From NCBI RefSeq assembly GCF_001194135.2, contig NC_068981.1:9689462-9753461 (forward strand): DNA of 64,000 bases. The letters run 5' to 3'. The DNA comes from Octopus bimaculoides. Its lineage: Eukaryota. The notes beneath the pieces were generated by a model that had not been told where the DNA came from, made no database searches, and saw only the letters and a program-made list of their open reading frames with translations. Shown here one piece after another: positions 59,630 to 64,000 of the stretch; position 1 is the first letter of the stretch, and each line of letters opens with the position of its first letter. The translations under genes and the position numbers were made by a program.

Positions 59630-62250
59630 CTAGAAATAAAATTTTAAAGACTTTTTATGTCCGTTAAAATGTTGGCGAATATTTTCTTTCAAACAGTTTA
59701 AGTTACAGGTGTATAGGTTGTTAAAGTGTTTGCGAATGAACTGGAAAATAGAACGTGCGTCTGTGAACAGGTATTGCATGTAAGAGATTGAATAACATAA
59801 GTGACTTAGATTTTTATCGACAAAATTCACTTGGAGAAGCAAGACAAATGCAGAATAGGTTTATTACTCCAGTCACACTTGTAAATACCTCTAGTTGAGA
59901 CAATTCCCTCTTGTACCTGAAAATGATCATGGGAGCTGCTTTCGCTTAGAATTAAGGGACAAAAGATACATGTTATAACAAAATATTCGGTCACGAAACT
60001 TTGAATCTCTCTTGGATTTATAACCTTTATAACTATACCTGAAACAGGATTTAGTTGACCTAAGTTATTGAAATATAATATTGGCAACCTCAAGCGAATA
60101 ATAATTGCCTAACTATCGGGGCAACAAAATTAATTATGGTATTCAAAATATTATACTTGAGAATAGAGAACTATTTATTGAAAATAATTATTAAGAGAAA
60201 AGTTGGCTAGAAGGTAAATAAAAAAACTAGATTGAATTCAAAATATTGTGAATAGTAGCTTGAAAGCTGATGTCTTTCCGGAGATAATAAACAGAAAACA
60301 AGATATTTATGAAGCTATGACGTGAAAATAAAAAGATAAACTTCTGTAAATGAAACATTAATTATTATCTTGATTGTTATATTAAATGCAACAAAATACA
60401 AACCAAGCTATTTTTTAGCAAAGCAGTTCGTAGTTGATTATTTAGATAAGAGTATGAACACTTCAAGCATTGCAAACATTCATAAATAAAGGATGATTAA
60501 TTTCCAACACAATACCCTTGTAGTTATTGAAAAGAAACATGATGGAGTGTTTGATGAATTTGTGCACTACCAGAAATAGATAATTCACACAATAGTTTAT
60601 TACTCAGAATGAGATATTTTGTGTTTTGTAGAGTGTGATTATAATGATCTTTATTGTCTATGGTTTGAGAAATACTTCAGGAGTTTCTTTTCTTGAAAAA
60701 TTACGAATACCTTGGAAGACAAACAAAAGTTTTCGTAGGTAATCAAAACTTTCATTAGTAAAAATGTTGAAAGTTCGCCAAAATATCCATGATTAACAAA
60801 TGTTCAGTAAAAAAAAGTCGTAACAATATTTTCAGACTGTGGTATTGGTATCTTCTGAGGCATACTTATGTCTATACTGAGAGGCAATCTGTCAATATCT
60901 CTAAGGACATGGTTGTATAACATTTTCAAATTATTATTTCAAGCTGACGAGAGGGAGGCGAGAGTAGGGAAGAATGTGCTACCTTCTAGTAAGTTTTATG
61001 AAAGAATGGTGAGTTGGCGAAATTGATGTGGCTAAATGGATCTAGTCTAACTTTACGGCAGTGTTTTGTCTATAAGATCTCAGAAGACTTTTGCTTATCT
61101 TTGTATCAATTCTTTGTATCAAATCTAAGGATTCTTATATTCGGTGTATCCTAATAAAATCAGTGTGTCTTAAATTGCCGATGTGGTGCCCCCACCATCA
61201 CTTTATAGGTACATTCTAGCTAATTTTTGCTTTCTGCCTATCTTTTGCACTGCGTGTAACGTTGCGAACCTTGGAATGGCTCATATAACTTTGCTCATAT
61301 AGTTTGTATCATACCTAGTCTTCTAGTTTTTCTTACTGTTTAAGCTTCATGTCTTACGTTCAGTTTATTTTAATTTCAATTCCCTTGTAGCTTGACGGTT
61401 TCTTCACTTTAGGGCAGTGTTTTGGTCTCAAGGGATAGTGATGTATGTCTGTAGGCAGACATTTTTGCGTCTATCCCTGATTATTTGAGAGATTTAACTT
61501 GATTTTCTTGTCAGTGTGGAAAGTGTGTCCCAGATAATTGTAGTTAGAATGTTTTCAAGTACCATGTTGCATATATTTTACATCATTCCTTTCTGTTTCT
61601 ACTTCAAAGAATTAGCACATTGTCCAGTTATAGCGACGTACTCAATCGTACATTATTATTGTGACTCATCTGAAGGAAATTATAATTTTGCATGGGATCG
61701 GAGTTCTACTTTCTTTCTATTTTCAACCCAAAACTGTTGAGCTGGCTTTTATTCTGGAACGTCTTTTAGAATACCAGCAATGAAGAGATTTTTCGCTCGT
61801 TTCTTTAATATATTAATATATTCGTTAATATATTTTGGCATGAAATTTTGAATCTATCTTTTGTTTCTTTTTGCAGGTGTTTTGTCTACATCTAAATCTT
61901 ATCTTTTCAGTTTAGTTGGTTTCCTCTTCGTATTTTATCGTTTCCTTATTCACAATGAAAAGTTGATGCATGGTTTTTGTTTTACATATTTCTTTGTTAT
62001 ACTTATCAGTTTCCATTTTAAACCTAATTATTTTTTTCTCAGTGTTGTTTGTAGTAGTTTTCTATTTGTAACAGACCCCAGATTCTTTGTGCGTGGTGGC
62101 ATTGGAAATCTATCAGTAGTTTCCTGATTTTTCTGTCTACTGTTCAGTTCTCTTAATTTCCGGTTTATTATTTTATTATGCTGTAGTTGTATTTTATAAC
62201 TGAGATTGACAGCATATTCTCCCTGACAGATTGCTAACCACTGCACACAT
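59630..62250 (-). mobile_element. Heavily decayed PLE (reverse transcriptase and GIY-YIG endonuclease remnants)
   Basis: Near 61.2 kb: PRFATLHAVQKIGRK..ARMYL*SDGGGTTSAI (cf. P..Y.LPKIHK...RPIVS..G.PT). Near 59.7 kb: YVIQSLTCNTCSQ and CLKENIRQHFNGHK (cf. GIY-YIG N.IY.I.C..C...Y.G and L..R..EH). RT motifs 4-5 were not convincingly found. Confidence 0.4.
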
Positions 62251-62265
62251 TTTTCTCTCCTTGTT

Positions 62266-62303
62266 TCTTTCTGTGGAAGAGCGTAGGCTCGAAACGTTAA
62301 AGA
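62266..62303 (+). ncRNA. Hammerhead-like motif with a variant core
   Basis: TCTTT-CTGTGGA-A-GAGC-GTAG-GCTC-GAAAC-GTT-AAAGA. Stems I and II are perfect; A6 of CUGANGA is replaced by U. Confidence 0.45.
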
Positions 62304-62391
62304 CTTTTCAATTTCCGAGCGTTATACTAATACATCTATTTGTTTTCTACACCATCTGTCTTTGTCTGTTGTTTTTTTTATGAATTCTCCC

Positions 62392-62422
<31 letters not shown>

Positions 62423-62488
62423 GAATAACAGATATCCCCGTAGTTGCTCGGGGTTAAAACGGCATGGTTTTTCTATTGCTCTACCTAT

Positions 62489-62585
62489 TTTTGTCATGTG
62501 ACTGCGGCCATGCTAGAAAACCGTCTATAGTCGGAGAAATTGACTCCAGAATTTAGTCTTTGTAAGCCTAGTACTTACTCTATCG

Positions 62586-62589
<4 letters not shown>
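62489..62589 (-). mobile_element. SINE family B 3' fragment running into (CA)n at 62588-62639
   Basis: GACTGCGGCCATGCTAG...TTTGTAAGCCTAGTACTTACTCTATCGG. Confidence 0.8.
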
Positions 62590-62647
<58 letters not shown>

Positions 62648-62929
62648 GTCCTGTTTCTGTTACCAGCTTTGAACTCCCCGCAAAATTCCAAATTTATTTA
62701 ATTTGCTCTGCGGGAGCAACTGTTTTTTTCGAAAAGGTATCTTGTCATGAATTGCTCGAAATACGAAGTAGAAAAACATCCGACAACTGATGAAGGGTCG
62801 TTTTTTTATGTTGCTTGTCTTGTTTTACATTTGTTTCTTTCGTTCTTCGCCTAAGAAAGTTCGTATTCCATGTTATAGTATTTTATGTTTTCGTATTTCA
62901 TGTTTACGTTCTGTGTAATCCTGTGGCCA

Positions 62930-63024
62930 TATATGTGTATATACATATATATATATATATATGTATGTACATATATGTATGTACATATATGTATGTACAT
63001 ATATGTATGCATTATATTTATATA

Positions 63025-63059
<35 letters not shown>

Positions 63060-63092
63060 NNNNNNNNNNNNNNNNNNNNNNNNNNNNNNNNN

Positions 63093-63130
<38 letters not shown>
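62930..63130. repeat. TA-rich/(CA)n compound microsatellite around N-gap 63060-63092
   Basis: Direct reading. Confidence 0.9.
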
Positions 63131-63136
<6 letters not shown>

Positions 63137-63139
63137 TAG

Positions 63140-63401
63140 AGGAATTAGTCATATTTAATTGTAGTTCAGAACCATTTACGGCTGTTTCTGTTTATCAAAT
63201 CGTGGTAAATTTGCATTTATCTCGTTCAAATTAACAAAGTCTTTGCTGTTGTTGTGGTAGGTAGTCGCTGATTGGTTGTTTTTATCGTAGGTTTTCCATT
63301 CTAAAGGTTTTCCATTCTAAACGGTGGGTGAAGTCTGATAATTTTGCTGTCACTTCTTTTAGATATATATCTTTACAATGAATCGGTATATTCTTTAATG
63401 A
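63140..63401 (-). mobile_element. PLE ORF remnant, N-terminal region
   Basis: SLKNIPIHCKDIYLKEVTAKLSDFTHRLEWKTF within ORF 63282..63491, cf. S.KNIP.P....Y...L.EK...F..R.RWKAF. Confidence 0.65.
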
Positions 63402-64000
63402 TGCTTCTATAACATCTAATAGTAAAACGGAGCAAATAACAATAGAAAACATGGTGCCTAGGTAATCGTTTTCTAATTCGTTTATTTTCATTTGTCTTGC
63501 TCATTTTTACATTCTGGCGTTTGCTGAAATTTTCTTGAGAAGACACTCTTCGTGGTAAGGCGATTTGACGTCTACATTTAGCATATAAAGAATCCACTTT
63601 GGTGGGCATTCCTCCTAAGTTGTATGTATATATACATAAATATATGTATATATGCATATATATATATATGCTTATATGTATGCATGTATATATACATATA
63701 TATGTTTATTTTTCCTACCAATTTATACATGAACTACTATTGAACTACAAAAGCTCAAAGACAATATAATGTATGGGTATATTTATTTTTTTATATATTA
63801 TTTTCTTCATTTTGTACTTCTTTGTAAAAAAAACATTTTCATTCTCCTTCTTCTTGATAATTTGCTTCTACGCAATGAAAACCGGTTAGAAAAAAATCTT
63901 TATTAAAATATGCTTCCAGTTCAGCATTCTGGCTTTTTTTCATTTTCCTATTTGTCCACGTGCGGTTAACACAACCCCACTATTTACTGACTTATATGTT

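Noticed and set aside
62424-62455. Helitron/Helentron-like short hairpin CCCCGTAGTTGCTCGGGG; mariner-like end fragments near 34.2-34.5 kb and 38.7-38.8 kb
   Set aside because: Only short motifs without partner termini; plausible but not supportable as features.
62787-62793. CTGATGA heptamer (others at ~5532, ~6836, ~10197, ~13674, ~28937 and ~56188)
   Set aside because: None is followed by a stem II plus GAAA with a matching stem I; several chance hits are expected in 64 kb.

Overview
AT-rich, repeat-dense eukaryotic genomic DNA with six N-gaps and long (CA)n/(TA)n/(TC)n microsatellites. The SINE families look like those I recall from octopus (coleoid cephalopod) genomes; this is inference, not a database result. 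I cannot support any intact host protein-coding gene, and the listed ORFs are mostly microsatellite or repeat read-through, so the window looks like a large intron or intergenic region. It holds about 20 copies of one ~210-bp tRNA-headed SINE (family A), about 9 copies of a longer tRNA/CORE-like SINE with an internal microsatellite (family B), and a third tRNA-headed SINE. It also holds decayed RTE-like and R4/Dong-like LINEs, several mariner remnants, four pieces of Penelope-like elements (PLEs), and at least seven fold-back or TIR elements. The most interesting object is a ~445-bp head-to-head palindrome (53469-53912). Each arm is a Pol III tRNA-like head followed by a minimal hammerhead-ribozyme motif (GACAC-CTGATGA-stem II-GAAAC-GTT-GTGTT). 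A second hammerhead-like motif lies at 62266-62303, and three separate remnants keep the same PLE N-terminal segment. All protein-family assignments come from hand translation and remembered motifs and need HMM or BLAST confirmation.
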